Shown one piece after another: positions 28,790-38,853 of a stretch of 64,000 bases of DNA. The position numbers and the translations under genes are program-made. The notes beneath the pieces are model-generated. The model saw only the letters and a list, made by a program, of their open reading frames with translations, ran no database searches and was not told the origin of the DNA. Source of the stretch: an uncultured Eubacterium sp. (GTDB lineage Bacteria > Bacillota > Clostridia > Lachnospirales > Lachnospiraceae); assembly GCA_900550135.1 (NCBI GenBank), contig URQO01000005.1, positions 925 to 64,924 of the forward strand, in the 5' to 3' direction. The stretch's first letter is position 1. Each line of letters begins with the position of its first letter.

Positions 28790-29800
28790 TTAAAATTTAC
28801 GTTTATTATTTGATTTTTTATCTGTTATTTTATTTTGTTTTGTTTGTTTGTTTTCATATTCTTCATATGCCTTAACAATCTTTTGCACTAATGGATGTCT
28901 TACAACATCAGTATTGTCCAAAAATGCAAATCCAATGTCATCTACATCTTTTAAAACACGTAGTGCAATGTCAAGACCTGACACCATATCTCTTGGTAAA
29001 TCCTTCTGAGTTCGGTCTCCTGTTACGATAACTTTAGAGCCAAAACCAATTCTGGTCAAAAACATCTTCATCTGGGCAGGTGTGGTATTTTGTGCTTCAT
29101 CTAATATAATAAATGCATTGTCCAAAGTTCTACCACGCATATATGCTAAAGGTGCAACCTCGATAATACCCTTTTCTGAATTTGAAACAAAACTTTCAGC
29201 TCCCATAATCTGATACAGTGCATCATATAACGGTCTTAAATATGGGTCAACCTTACTTTGTAAATCTCCGGGAAGAAATCCAAGATTTTCTCCTGCTTCA
29301 ATAGCCGGTCTCGTTAAAATAATCTTGTTTACTTCATCGTTTCTAAGGGCTGTAATTGCCATTGCCATTGCCAAATATGTTTTTCCGGTTCCTGCAGGAC
29401 CTATTCCGAAGACAATCATTTTATTTTTTATTAAGTCTACATATTTTTTCTGACCTAATGTTTTTGGCTTGATAGGTTTTCCCATAATGGTTCTACATAT
29501 AATATCGCTATCCAATTCAAGCATGGCTGACTCTTTGTTGTCATAACTTAAAGATAAAGCATAATCAACATTTTGCTCATTAATCTCATTTCCTCTTTTT
29601 GCAAGCTCAATCAAATTGGAAAATACACCTTTTGCTCTTTTTGCAGCCACTTCCTGACCTATGATTTTAAGTTCTCCATTTCTTGAAATAATAGTTACAT
29701 GAAGAGTTTTTTCTATTTTCTTAATGTTACTGTCAAACTGTCCGAAAACATTTTTTTCTAAGTTAGCAGGTACATCTATTATACTTTCAATTACGCTCAT
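28790..29800 (-). CDS. phoH: PhoH family ATPase
   Basis: GPAGTGKTYLA, LGFLPGDL, PLAYMRGRTL, DEAQN, VVRHPLV. Confidence 0.95.
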   Translation of the reverse strand: MSVIESIIDVPANLEKNVFGQFDSNIKKIEKTLHVTIISRNGELKIIGQEVAAKRAKGVFSNLIELAKRGNEINEQNVDYALSLSYDNKESAMLELDSDIICRTIMGKPIKPKTLGQKKYVDLIKNKMIVFGIGPAGTGKTYLAMAMAITALRNDEVNKIILTRPAIEAGENLGFLPGDLQSKVDPYLRPLYDALYQIMGAESFVSNSEKGIIEVAPLAYMRGRTLDNAFIILDEAQNTTPAQMKMFLTRIGFGSKVIVTGDRTQKDLPRDMVSGLDIALRVLKDVDDIGFAFLDNTDVVRHPLVQKIVKAYEEYENKQTKQNKITDKKSNNKRKF

Positions 29801-29813
29801 TTATAATAACCTT

Positions 29814-31025
29814 TCAATTGGAATTTGTTTCATTTACTGACGTTTGTTTTTCTAACTTTATGTCAGATAATGTTTTATCATCAATATATGATATCATTCC
29901 AAGTTTTTCTATGCATCTTATTTTTGCATTCAAAACATAGGAATTATTTTCCTTATGTATTTTAACATCTTTTTTGATTATTTTGTACCCTTTTTGCTCC
30001 ATAATAGCCAATTTTACATTTAATTTTCTAAGAAAAATGGTTTTGGCAGTTTTTTTGGAACGTTTATCTTTTTTTAAATCATATTTTTTTACTGTTTATT
30101 TTCCGATTGCTATAGGAAAATAATAATTCCCAAATCCTTTTATGTTTATGTCTTTAGTCTGTACATTAACATTTTTTTCTTTTTTTATTTTCCAATCAAA
30201 TCCTTTTATTTTGGGAATATAATAGGAATATTTTTTTGTATAAATTTTCTTTTGATAATTTATTTGCATAGAATCTTTGTAACTATAATTTGTATAACCA
30301 TACACATCTCCATCAGCCTTTTGAATATTTGTAAAGATTTTTTGCTCCGATTCATCAAAAACATCAACAAGTCCGCTTATAAGAATATCTCCTTTTTTTA
30401 CTATCATTCCTTTTTTTACTTTTAAGACACCTTTTCTTACATAACATGATATAATTTTCGCATTTTTGTTTGCTACAAGATTGTAAGGTCTTTTCTCCTT
30501 TTTAGGAATATCAGTAATATAATTTTCTTTTATATGTATCAAAAGATTTGTTCCTTTTATTTCCGCACAAACCCAGCTGATATCATTGTATTTTCTTCGG
30601 ATACTTTTTTCTAAATCATCACAGTTGATTTCTGAAATTTTTGTACCTTCTTTTATATTTTTTGAATAAACAAATCTTTTTATTGCATCTTTTGTATAAC
30701 TGTAGTTTCCATCAACTGAAATATTCCAGACATATCTTGATGAAATTAATAAAAATATTATAAAAATAAGGAAAAAACCACCTGATACTTTTATAAAAAG
30801 TCTGTTTGTTAAAATTGTATACATGCCTTTTTCTTCACATTTTAACAATGGTATATTTTTTTCTTCAAAAATATTTTTTAATAATTGAATATATGAAGCA
30901 TCTACAACAAATACAATATTATGTTTTTTATACTTAATATCTTCTAAAGAAATACGGGAAATATTGTTTAATATTCTGTATATATATTTTCTGTCTGTTT
31001 CTATCTCATAAAAATGAAATTTCAT
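29814..31025 (-). pseudogene. yqfD: Sporulation protein YqfD interrupted by one in-frame TAA (30096-30098)
   Basis: ORFs 30096-31037 and 29814-30011 share a frame and are joined by 28 sense codons. YqfD-like motifs WNISVDGN, ISWVCAEIKGT, VKKGDILISG, ADGDVYG. Lies between yqfC and phoH. Confidence 0.75.
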
Positions 31026-31257
31026 TAAACTCTCCACCTATAATCATTGACTCATTATTATAAAATTTTATATATAAATTTTTTCCTTTTATGCATACAT
31101 TATATTTTCTACATGAAATTTCTATATTATTTTCATCTATTTCTTTAATACATTTATAATTCTCTATTAATATATCTTCTCTGCCGATTACCTGAAGCAT
31201 ACATTCACCATAAACCACATCTCTTGGAACACCATAATTATTATCTACATTTATCAA
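31006..31257 (-). CDS. yqfC: YabP/YqfC family sporulation protein
   Basis: PRDVVYG, IENYKCI, IKGKNLYI; position upstream of yqfD-phoH; TTG start with SD AGGAG. Confidence 0.75.
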   Translation of the reverse strand: MINVDNNYGVPRDVVYGECMLQVIGREDILIENYKCIKEIDENNIEISCRKYNVCIKGKNLYIKFYNNESMIIGGEFNEISFL

Positions 31258-31295
31258 ATCTTCTCCTGATTTTATTAATAAATATTTCTTAACAT

Positions 31296-31324
31296 ATTGT
31301 ATGTTTTATAGGTTTTGTTTATGC
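31296..31324 (-). promoter_or_regulatory. Putative SigE promoter of yqfCD
   Basis: GCATA-N16-CATACAAT matches the B. subtilis SigE consensus (ATA...cATAcanT). Confidence 0.65.
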
Positions 31325-31341
31325 TTTTGCGCTATATATTA

Positions 31342-31370
31342 AAAGAGCCAGGACATAATCCTGACTCTTT
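31342..31370 (-). terminator. Intrinsic terminator after rpsU
   Basis: AAAGAGTCAGGA-ttatg-TCCTGGCTCTTTT. Confidence 0.8.
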
Positions 31371-31374
31371 ATAA

Positions 31375-31551
31375 TTAATTATATTTGCGCTTTCTAGCTG
31401 CTTCTGATTTCTTCTTACGCTTAACGCTTGGTTTTTCGTAATGTTCTCTTTTACGAATCTCCTGCTGAATTCCGGCTTTTGCGCAATTTCTCTTGAATCG
31501 ACGTAATGCACTGTCGATTGATTCGTTTTCTTTTACGATAACGCTTGACAT
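31375..31551 (-). CDS. rpsU: 30S ribosomal protein S21
   Basis: Manual translation [58 protein letters not shown] (58 aa); not in ORF track. Confidence 0.97.
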   Translation of the reverse strand: MSSVIVKENESIDSALRRFKRNCAKAGIQQEIRKREHYEKPSVKRKKKSEAARKRKYN

Positions 31552-31618
31552 CTGTTCTTCCCTCCCTTCAGTTATAGATTCCTAAAACTGTAGGTATTTG
31601 TGTTAAAACACCTTAAAC

Positions 31619-31646
31619 ATTATATCATATTTTTTCAAACCGTCAA
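31619..31646 (-). promoter_or_regulatory. Sigma-A promoter of rpsU
   Basis: TTGACG-N16-TATAAT with extended TG. Confidence 0.7.
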
Positions 31647-31660
31647 CCTTTATTAAACAT

Positions 31661-34300
31661 TTAATTTAATTGAGCAGCTAAAATATCTTTTGCTTTGCTT
31701 ATTGCCTCATCAGCACCTGCAGGATTCTTGCCACCTGCCTGTGCCATGTTTGGACGACCACCACCGCCGCCACCAACACATTTGGCAATTTCTTTAATCA
31801 TGTTTCCTGCATGGGCACCCTTTGAAATTGCATCATCGTCAGCCATGACAATAACATTTGCTTTATCACCTGTTGTTGAAACAATAACAACTACGCCACC
31901 ACCGATTTTTTCTTTTAATTGGTCTCCAAGATTTCTAAGACCATTCATGTCAACATCTGAAACCTTTGTAGCAAGAAGTTTAATACCATTTACTTCTACA
32001 ACATCGTTTAAAGCATCTCCAACTGAATCATTTGCCATCTTAGCTTTTAACTTTTCGTTTTCACTGTTAAGAGCCTTAATTTCATCATTTAAAGAATGAA
32101 TTTTCTTTGTTAAATTGTGAACATCTGATTTTGCAACTTTACATGCTTCATTTAAAAGGCTTTCCATTTCTTCAAAATGCTTAATTAAACCAATACCTGT
32201 TAAAGCTTCAATTCTTCTTACACCTGCTGAAATACCTGCTTCTGAAACAATCTTGAAATATGATATTTCCTTTGTATTGGAAACATGAGTACCACCACAA
32301 AGTTCAACAGAAAAATCACCCATTGATACAACTCTTACTTTATCACCGTATTTTTCTCCAAACAATGCCATAGCGCCTGTTTTCTTTGCTTCATCTAATG
32401 TCATTTCCTTTGTTACAACATCTAATGCATTTGCAATCTGTTCATTTACAATTGCTTCAACCTTAGTAATTTCTTCTTTTGTCATTGCCTGGAAATGTGT
32501 AAAGTCAAATCTTAATCTTTCAGCATCAACATATGAACCTGCCTGCTCTACATGTTCACCTAAAACATTTTTAAGTGCTTTCTGTAATAAATGAGTTGCA
32601 CTGTGGTTCTTTGCTGTTGATTCTCTGTTTGCACTGTCAACCTTTAATGAAGCAGCATCTCCTACCTGAATCATACCTTCAGTCACAACACCTACATGTC
32701 CAATCATTGAGCCATGAAGTTTGATAGTATCAACAACCTGGAATTTACCATTGGCTGTTTCAATAATACCTTTATCACCTGACTGACCACCCATTGTTGC
32801 ATAAAATGGTGTTTCATTTACAAGAATTGTACCATTGTCGCCTTCAGCTAATGCCTGTACAACTTCTTTGTCAGTTGTTAAAGCTGTTACTTCTGAATTA
32901 TTTTCTAACTTGTCATATCCAACAAAACTTGATGTTAAATTCTTGTCAAGACTTTCATATACTGTCTCGTCAGCTCCCATATAGTTTGTTGTTTTACGTG
33001 CTTTTCTTGCTGTCTCTCTTTGAACTTCCATTGCTTTCTTAAAGCCATCTTCATCTACATTAAATCCTTTTTCTTCAAGAATTTCTTTTGTAAGATCAAG
33101 TGGAAAGCCGTAAGTATCATATAACTTAAATGCATCATTACCTGACAAAGTCTTACTTCCTTCTTCAGACATCTTTGATTCCATTTCTGATAAAATGTTA
33201 AGACCTGTATCAATAGTTTTGTTAAACTTATTTTCTTCTTCTGTTAACACCTTGAAAATCATGTTTTGCTTTTCTTCAAGTTCAGGATAACCATCTTTAG
33301 AACTTTCAATTACAGTTTTTGAAAGTTTAGAAAGGAACATTCCATCTATTCCAAGAAGTCTGCCGTGTCTTGCAGCACGTCTGATTAATCTTCTAAGCAC
33401 ATATCCTCTGCCTTCATTTGATGGCATAATACCATCTGAAATCATAAATGTAGCTGATCTGATATGATCTGTTATTATTCTAATTGAAACATCCCATTTA
33501 TATTCTTTCTTGTATTCTTTTCCGGAAATTTCACAAACTTTATCACGTAAAGCCTTAATTGTATCAACGTCAAAAATAGAATCAACATCCTGAACTACAG
33601 TTGCAAGTCTTTCAAGACCCATACCTGTATCAATATTTTTCTGCTTTAATGTTGTGTAATTGCCTTTTCCATCATTTTCAAACTGTGTAAATACGTTGTT
33701 CCAGATTTCAATATATCTGTCACATTCACATCCTACTGTACATCCGGGCTTTCCACAGCCATATTTTTCTCCACGGTCATAGTATATTTCTGAGCATGGA
33801 CCACAAGGACCTGCACCATGCTCCCAGAAGTTGTCTTCTTTTCCAAATTTGAAAATTCTTTCTTTTGGAATTCCCATTTCTTTATTCCAAATATCAAAAG
33901 CTTCATCATCTTCCAAATAAACTGATGGATACAATCTGTCAGCTTCAAGTCCTACGACTTCTGTTAAAAATTCCCAAGACCAATGAATGGCTTCATGTTT
34001 AAAATAATCTCCAAAAGAGAAATTTCCTAACATTTCAAAAAATGTACCATGTCTTGCAGTTTTTCCAATATTTTCAATATCACCTGTTCTGATACATTTC
34101 TGGCATGTTGCCATACGTGTTCTAGGTGGAACTTCCTGACCTGTAAAATAAGGCTTTAAAGGAGCCATTCCTGCATTTATAAGTAATAAACTATTATCAT
34201 TGTGTGGTACTAATGAATAACTGTTTTTTACTAAATGTCCTTTTGATTCAAAGAAATCTAAAAACATTTGTCTTAATTCATTTAATCCATATTTCTTCAT
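31661..34300 (-). CDS. alaS: Alanine--tRNA ligase
   Basis: NAGMAPLK, HGTFFEMLGNFSFGDYFK, NHSATHLL, ELCGGTH, GGGGGRPNMAQAGG. Confidence 0.98.
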   Translation of the reverse strand: MKKYGLNELRQMFLDFFESKGHLVKNSYSLVPHNDNSLLLINAGMAPLKPYFTGQEVPPRTRMATCQKCIRTGDIENIGKTARHGTFFEMLGNFSFGDYFKHEAIHWSWEFLTEVVGLEADRLYPSVYLEDDEAFDIWNKEMGIPKERIFKFGKEDNFWEHGAGPCGPCSEIYYDRGEKYGCGKPGCTVGCECDRYIEIWNNVFTQFENDGKGNYTTLKQKNIDTGMGLERLATVVQDVDSIFDVDTIKALRDKVCEISGKEYKKEYKWDVSIRIITDHIRSATFMISDGIMPSNEGRGYVLRRLIRRAARHGRLLGIDGMFLSKLSKTVIESSKDGYPELEEKQNMIFKVLTEEENKFNKTIDTGLNILSEMESKMSEEGSKTLSGNDAFKLYDTYGFPLDLTKEILEEKGFNVDEDGFKKAMEVQRETARKARKTTNYMGADETVYESLDKNLTSSFVGYDKLENNSEVTALTTDKEVVQALAEGDNGTILVNETPFYATMGGQSGDKGIIETANGKFQVVDTIKLHGSMIGHVGVVTEGMIQVGDAASLKVDSANRESTAKNHSATHLLQKALKNVLGEHVEQAGSYVDAERLRFDFTHFQAMTKEEITKVEAIVNEQIANALDVVTKEMTLDEAKKTGAMALFGEKYGDKVRVVSMGDFSVELCGGTHVSNTKEISYFKIVSEAGISAGVRRIEALTGIGLIKHFEEMESLLNEACKVAKSDVHNLTKKIHSLNDEIKALNSENEKLKAKMANDSVGDALNDVVEVNGIKLLATKVSDVDMNGLRNLGDQLKEKIGGGVVVIVSTTGDKANVIVMADDDAISKGAHAGNMIKEIAKCVGGGGGGRPNMAQAGGKNPAGADEAISKAKDILAAQLN

Positions 34301-34317
34301 TATAAGTTCCTCCTAAA

Positions 34318-35544
34318 CTAATCAGCTTTAATCTGATGGAATGCTTTCTTACCTTTTTTGATTAAGATAACGCCATCTTCATTGTAATCAGCTGTAGTTA
34401 TTTTTTTATCTATTGCATTTACTTTTTCACCATTTACAGAAACACTGTTCTGGTTTACTAAAGTTCTTGCTTCACTTCTTGATTTTGCAAGTTTTGTATC
34501 TACTAAAATAGTAAGGATATCAATACCCTTTTCTAATTCATCTTTTGCATACGCTGTAGTTGGTAAATCGCCTGAAATACCACCTTTTGCAAACATATTC
34601 TTCGCAGCATCCAAAGCTTTCTTTGCTTCTTCTTCGCCATGAACTAATTTTGTTAACTCATATCCTAAAATTTCTTTTGCCTTATTAAGTTCAGCGCCCT
34701 GCCATTTTTCCATTTCTTCGATTTCTTCTAATGGAAGGAATGTAAGCATCTTTAAGCACTTAATAACATCTGCGTCATCGACGTTTCTCCAGTACTGGAA
34801 GAATTCGTATGGTGATGTTTTTTCAGGATCAAGCCAAACAGCACCACTAACAGTTTTACCCATCTTCTTTCCTTCTGAATTAAGAAGTAATGTAATAGTC
34901 ATGGCTGATGCGTCTTTTCCTAACTTACGTCTGATAAGTTCTGTACCACCAAGCATGTTACTCCACTGATCATCTCCACCAAACTGAAGGTTACATCCAT
35001 AATCCTGAAATAACTTATAGAAGTCATAACTCTGCATAATCATATAATTAAATTCCAAGAAGCTAAGTCCTCTTTCCATTCTCTGCTTGTAACATTCTGC
35101 TGTTAACATTCTGTTTACACTAAAGTGTGGTCCAACTTCTCTTAAAACATCAATATAATTTAAATCCATTAACCAGTCAGCATTGTTTACCATTAATGCT
35201 TTACCGTCTGAGAAATCAATAAATTTACTCATCTGCTTTTTAAAACATTCAATATTATGGTCAATAGTTTCTTTTGTCATCATCTTTCTCATATCAGTTT
35301 TACCTGATGGATCACCAATCATAGCTGTACCACCACCAAGTAATGCAATAGGCTTATTACCAGCCATCTGTAATCTCTTCATTAAACAAAGAGCCATAAA
35401 ATGACCTACATGAAGACTATCCGCTGTTGGATCAAAACCAATATAGAAAACCGCTTCTCCTTTATTTATTAAATCACTAATTAAAGCTTCATCTGTAACC
35501 TGTGCAATAAGGCCACGCGCTTTTAATTCTTCGTATGTGTTCAT
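34318..35544 (-). CDS. tyrS: Tyrosine--tRNA ligase
   Basis: GFDPTADSLHVGH, GGDDQW, KMGKT, C-terminal S4 domain; start ATG 35544 (SD AAGGAG). Confidence 0.97.
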   Translation of the reverse strand: MNTYEELKARGLIAQVTDEALISDLINKGEAVFYIGFDPTADSLHVGHFMALCLMKRLQMAGNKPIALLGGGTAMIGDPSGKTDMRKMMTKETIDHNIECFKKQMSKFIDFSDGKALMVNNADWLMDLNYIDVLREVGPHFSVNRMLTAECYKQRMERGLSFLEFNYMIMQSYDFYKLFQDYGCNLQFGGDDQWSNMLGGTELIRRKLGKDASAMTITLLLNSEGKKMGKTVSGAVWLDPEKTSPYEFFQYWRNVDDADVIKCLKMLTFLPLEEIEEMEKWQGAELNKAKEILGYELTKLVHGEEEAKKALDAAKNMFAKGGISGDLPTTAYAKDELEKGIDILTILVDTKLAKSRSEARTLVNQNSVSVNGEKVNAIDKKITTADYNEDGVILIKKGKKAFHQIKAD

Positions 35545-35586
35545 AATCCTTCTCCTTTTATAGCTTTTTTGTTCAATCAAATAATA

Positions 35587-35615
35587 ATTTTAACATAGTA
35601 AAAAGGATTTTACAA
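35587..35615 (-). promoter_or_regulatory. Putative sigma-A promoter of tyrS-alaS
   Basis: TTGTAA-N17-TAAAAT with extended TG. Confidence 0.55.
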
Positions 35616-35644
35616 TAAAGCATTGCCTTATTTTTGTAAAATCC
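35605..35644 (-). terminator. Hairpin/terminator after spoIVA
   Basis: GGATTTTACAA...TTGTAAAATCC arms followed by T run on the minus strand. Confidence 0.65.
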
Positions 35645-35720
35645 CCTGGTTTTTTAATTATAGCATTAGGGCATCCCCCTATAATCAGGATATCTGTGTT
35701 TTAACACTTAAATCTTTAAA

Positions 35721-37187
35721 TCAAAGAAGGATGCAAATTACACCACGACTTTGATCGTTTGTAATTTTTTCTATTGTTCCCTGCATTCTTGATCTTGTAT
35801 CTTCTGTCAAATTATTAATTTTGTTTGTTATTCCCTCATCTACAATCTGACCAATAGATTTTCCAAATATATTGGTCTCCCATATATCCTGCTCATCTTC
35901 TTTGTTATTTATAAAGTCTATTAAGTCTTTTGCCTGAGATTCCTCACCAATAATAGGAGAAATTTCCGTTAAAATATTTGCCTTTACAAAATGTATTGAC
36001 GGTGCAGTTGCTTTTATTTTTACACCAAACTTATTTCCCTGTTTTATAAGTTCAGGATTTTCAAGAACTATATCTTCTTTTTCAGGAGTTACTATGCCAT
36101 ACCCTGTATTCCTTACATTGTTTATTGCATCATTTACTTTTTCGTAACTTCTTCTCTTTTCTGCCATCTCCTTAACTAGTTTTATAAGTTGAAGTTGATT
36201 GTTGATTGTGACACCTGTAATTTCTGACAAAGTTTTGTAGTAATATCCTTCATCTATTTCAAGATTAACTGTCATTTTTCCGTTGGACAATTCTATTCCT
36301 GACATATTTGCACTTTTTACAAATTCTTTATCAGGTAGAAGTTTAAGAGTTTTTACATCTTTTATTTTTATAATTTTATCCAATATTTCCTTTGAGTAAT
36401 TTACTATGTATTGAATTAAAGGATGGTTAAAGTCCATTATTTCCAACCATTTTGGTAAATTAAACACAATTTCAGATACTGGGAATTCAAATAAAATATT
36501 TTCAAGTATTTCATTTATTTTTTGCTCATTTAACTTTAAACAGTTAAGTGCAATAGTTGATACGTTATATTTTTTGCTAATCTTTTCTTTTAGTTTTTGG
36601 CATTCTTCGGACATTGGATCTGTTGAGTTTACAAGAATAATAAACGGTTTATTTATATCTTTAAGATGAACTATTGTCTTTTCCAACGCTTTGTTGTACT
36701 CATCCACACTCAAATCTGTAAAACTACCATCACTTGTCACAACAATTCCAATAGTTGAATGTTTTGAAATAACCCTTTCAGTACCAATTTCGGCTGCCTT
36801 TGAAAAAGGAATATCATAATCGAACCATGGTGTTTTAACCATTCTTTCTTTTTCCTCTTCCATGTGTCCGGTAGCACCGTTTACCATAAATCCAACGCAG
36901 TCAATTAGTCTGACTTTTACTTTTGCAGTGTTTCCTATGTCAATGGATATTGCTTTGCTAGGAATAAATTTGGGCTCAGTAGTCATAATTGTTTTGCCTG
37001 AAGAAGATTGTGGCAATTCATCCTGTGCTCTTTTCAACTCATTTTCATCTAAAATCTTTGGAACAACTGCCACATCCATAAAATTTTTAATAAAAGTTGA
37101 TTTTCCTGTTCTTACAGGACCAACAACCCCTATGTAAATCTCCCCTTTTGTTCTTTTTTCAATGTCTTTATATACATTAAAATCCAT
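35721..37187 (-). CDS. spoIVA: Stage IV sporulation protein A
   Basis: GVVGPVRTGKSTFIK, DELPQS, TTEPKF, DCVG, WETNIFGKS; start ATG 37187 (SD GGGAGG). Confidence 0.96.
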   Translation of the reverse strand: MDFNVYKDIEKRTKGEIYIGVVGPVRTGKSTFIKNFMDVAVVPKILDENELKRAQDELPQSSSGKTIMTTEPKFIPSKAISIDIGNTAKVKVRLIDCVGFMVNGATGHMEEEKERMVKTPWFDYDIPFSKAAEIGTERVISKHSTIGIVVTSDGSFTDLSVDEYNKALEKTIVHLKDINKPFIILVNSTDPMSEECQKLKEKISKKYNVSTIALNCLKLNEQKINEILENILFEFPVSEIVFNLPKWLEIMDFNHPLIQYIVNYSKEILDKIIKIKDVKTLKLLPDKEFVKSANMSGIELSNGKMTVNLEIDEGYYYKTLSEITGVTINNQLQLIKLVKEMAEKRRSYEKVNDAINNVRNTGYGIVTPEKEDIVLENPELIKQGNKFGVKIKATAPSIHFVKANILTEISPIIGEESQAKDLIDFINNKEDEQDIWETNIFGKSIGQIVDEGITNKINNLTEDTRSRMQGTIEKITNDQSRGVICILL

Positions 37188-37217
37188 AAAAACCTCCCTT
37201 ACATACATTAATACTAA

Positions 37218-37246
37218 AATATATGCAATAAGAGGTTTTTTATTAC
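37218..37246 (-). promoter_or_regulatory. Putative SigE promoter of spoIVA
   Basis: GTAATA-N15-CATATATT; spoIVA is SigE-dependent in B. subtilis and C. difficile. Confidence 0.5.
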
Positions 37247-38811
37247 ATAAGGGGAGCCAAAAGTCTTAATAACTTACCGCACGCCTTATACCATATTGGT
37301 CTGTTTCTACATTCAATTAACGAAATCTTTTTAGATTCATTTATCATTTGTAATATATCTTCTTCTACATCATAAACTGCCTTGTTTTTATACAAAAAAC
37401 ATCCATTTTCAAAATGTAAATATAAACTTCTATAATCCAAATTAATTGTACCTACAGTGGCTTTTTCATCATCGCTTACAAACATTTTTGCGTGATTAAA
37501 CCCGGGAGTATATTCATATATTTCCACACCTGCCTCAATTAATTCTTTATAATAAGTTCTTGCAATACAAAAAGCATATGCCTTATCAGGAATACCCGGC
37601 ACAATAATTTTCACATCAACGCCACGTTTTGCTGCAAATTTAAGAGCCGACATCATTACATTATCTAAAATAAGATATGGCGAACTAATATGCAAATATC
37701 TTGTTGCGGTATTGATTATATGCAAATAAACCGATTCGCCAATTCTTTCCTGGTCAAGAGGGTCATCACCGTATCCTATTACATAACCGTTTTCATCATA
37801 TACTTTTTCAATTGGAACATTTAAATATTTGTCAAAACTTCCAATCTTTCTTTCTGTAATATTCCACATCTGTAAAAACAATAATGTATATGTTCTTGCA
37901 GCATCTCCTTCAAGCATCACTGCAGTATCTTTCCAATAACCAAATTTGTTAACAAGATTCATATATTCATCTGCAAGATTTATGCCACCTGTAAAGGCTA
38001 CCTTACCATCAATTACAACTATTTTTCTATGATCTCTGTTATTTTGTTGCGTTGTAAAAAATGGTCTTGCCGGAGCAAATGTTTTTGACTGTATTCCAAG
38101 TTTTCTTAATTCTTTAAAATATCCAATTGGAAGTTTTGTAAGAGAACACAAACCGTCATACATTACTCTTACTTCAACTCCCTGTTTTACTTTTCTTTCA
38201 AGAATATCTACAATAGAATCCCAGACTTTTCCACGTTCTATTATAAAGTATTCCATAAAAATAAAATCCTGTGCCTCTTCCAATGCATTAATTAATGCAG
38301 TATATTTTTCTTCGCCACAGTTTAAATATGTAACATCTGTATTTTTATAAACCGGACATCCTGTGTGATCATAAATATATTTTCCAATCATAGACATCTG
38401 TTTATCCTGAATCTGTAAATCGTTATATATCTGTCTGTCTGTTTGAAGATACTTTTTAGATTTTAAATCAATGCTTTCAATCCTTTTGCGTAGTTTTATT
38501 GAACCTGGTTGGAACTTAACGTACAAATACATCATTACTCCAAGGGCTGGAACAAACATAATAAAAATAACCCATATTAATTTCATTGTAGGGTCTGTTT
38601 TATCATTTACAAGATAAATAACTAACAAGATTTGAAGTATTATAACAACAGAGTTAAAACCTTTGCTAAGTGTTGCATTGTATGCCAACAAAACCATAAA
38701 CAACACTTGCAACAGTACCATCAAGCCAAATATAAAAATACGACTGAATAAAAATGTTGCTATTCCTTTTTTTCCTTTGCTTTTTGTTTGATCTATCCTG
38801 CTATGATCCAT
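37243..38811 (-). CDS. cls: Cardiolipin synthase
   Basis: Two HKD motifs (HRKIVVID, HAKMFVSD), N-terminal TMs. Confidence 0.93.
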   Translation of the reverse strand: MDHSRIDQTKSKGKKGIATFLFSRIFIFGLMVLLQVLFMVLLAYNATLSKGFNSVVIILQILLVIYLVNDKTDPTMKLIWVIFIMFVPALGVMMYLYVKFQPGSIKLRKRIESIDLKSKKYLQTDRQIYNDLQIQDKQMSMIGKYIYDHTGCPVYKNTDVTYLNCGEEKYTALINALEEAQDFIFMEYFIIERGKVWDSIVDILERKVKQGVEVRVMYDGLCSLTKLPIGYFKELRKLGIQSKTFAPARPFFTTQQNNRDHRKIVVIDGKVAFTGGINLADEYMNLVNKFGYWKDTAVMLEGDAARTYTLLFLQMWNITERKIGSFDKYLNVPIEKVYDENGYVIGYGDDPLDQERIGESVYLHIINTATRYLHISSPYLILDNVMMSALKFAAKRGVDVKIIVPGIPDKAYAFCIARTYYKELIEAGVEIYEYTPGFNHAKMFVSDDEKATVGTINLDYRSLYLHFENGCFLYKNKAVYDVEEDILQMINESKKISLIECRNRPIWYKACGKLLRLLAPLM

Positions 38812-38853
38812 TAATAGTTTCTCCTTCAATATAATACTTTTATATTATATTTT

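Noticed and set aside
29814..30011. Separate 65-aa gene, or frameshift at poly-A tracts in yqfD
   Set aside because: It is in frame with the upstream part; the lesion is a single stop codon
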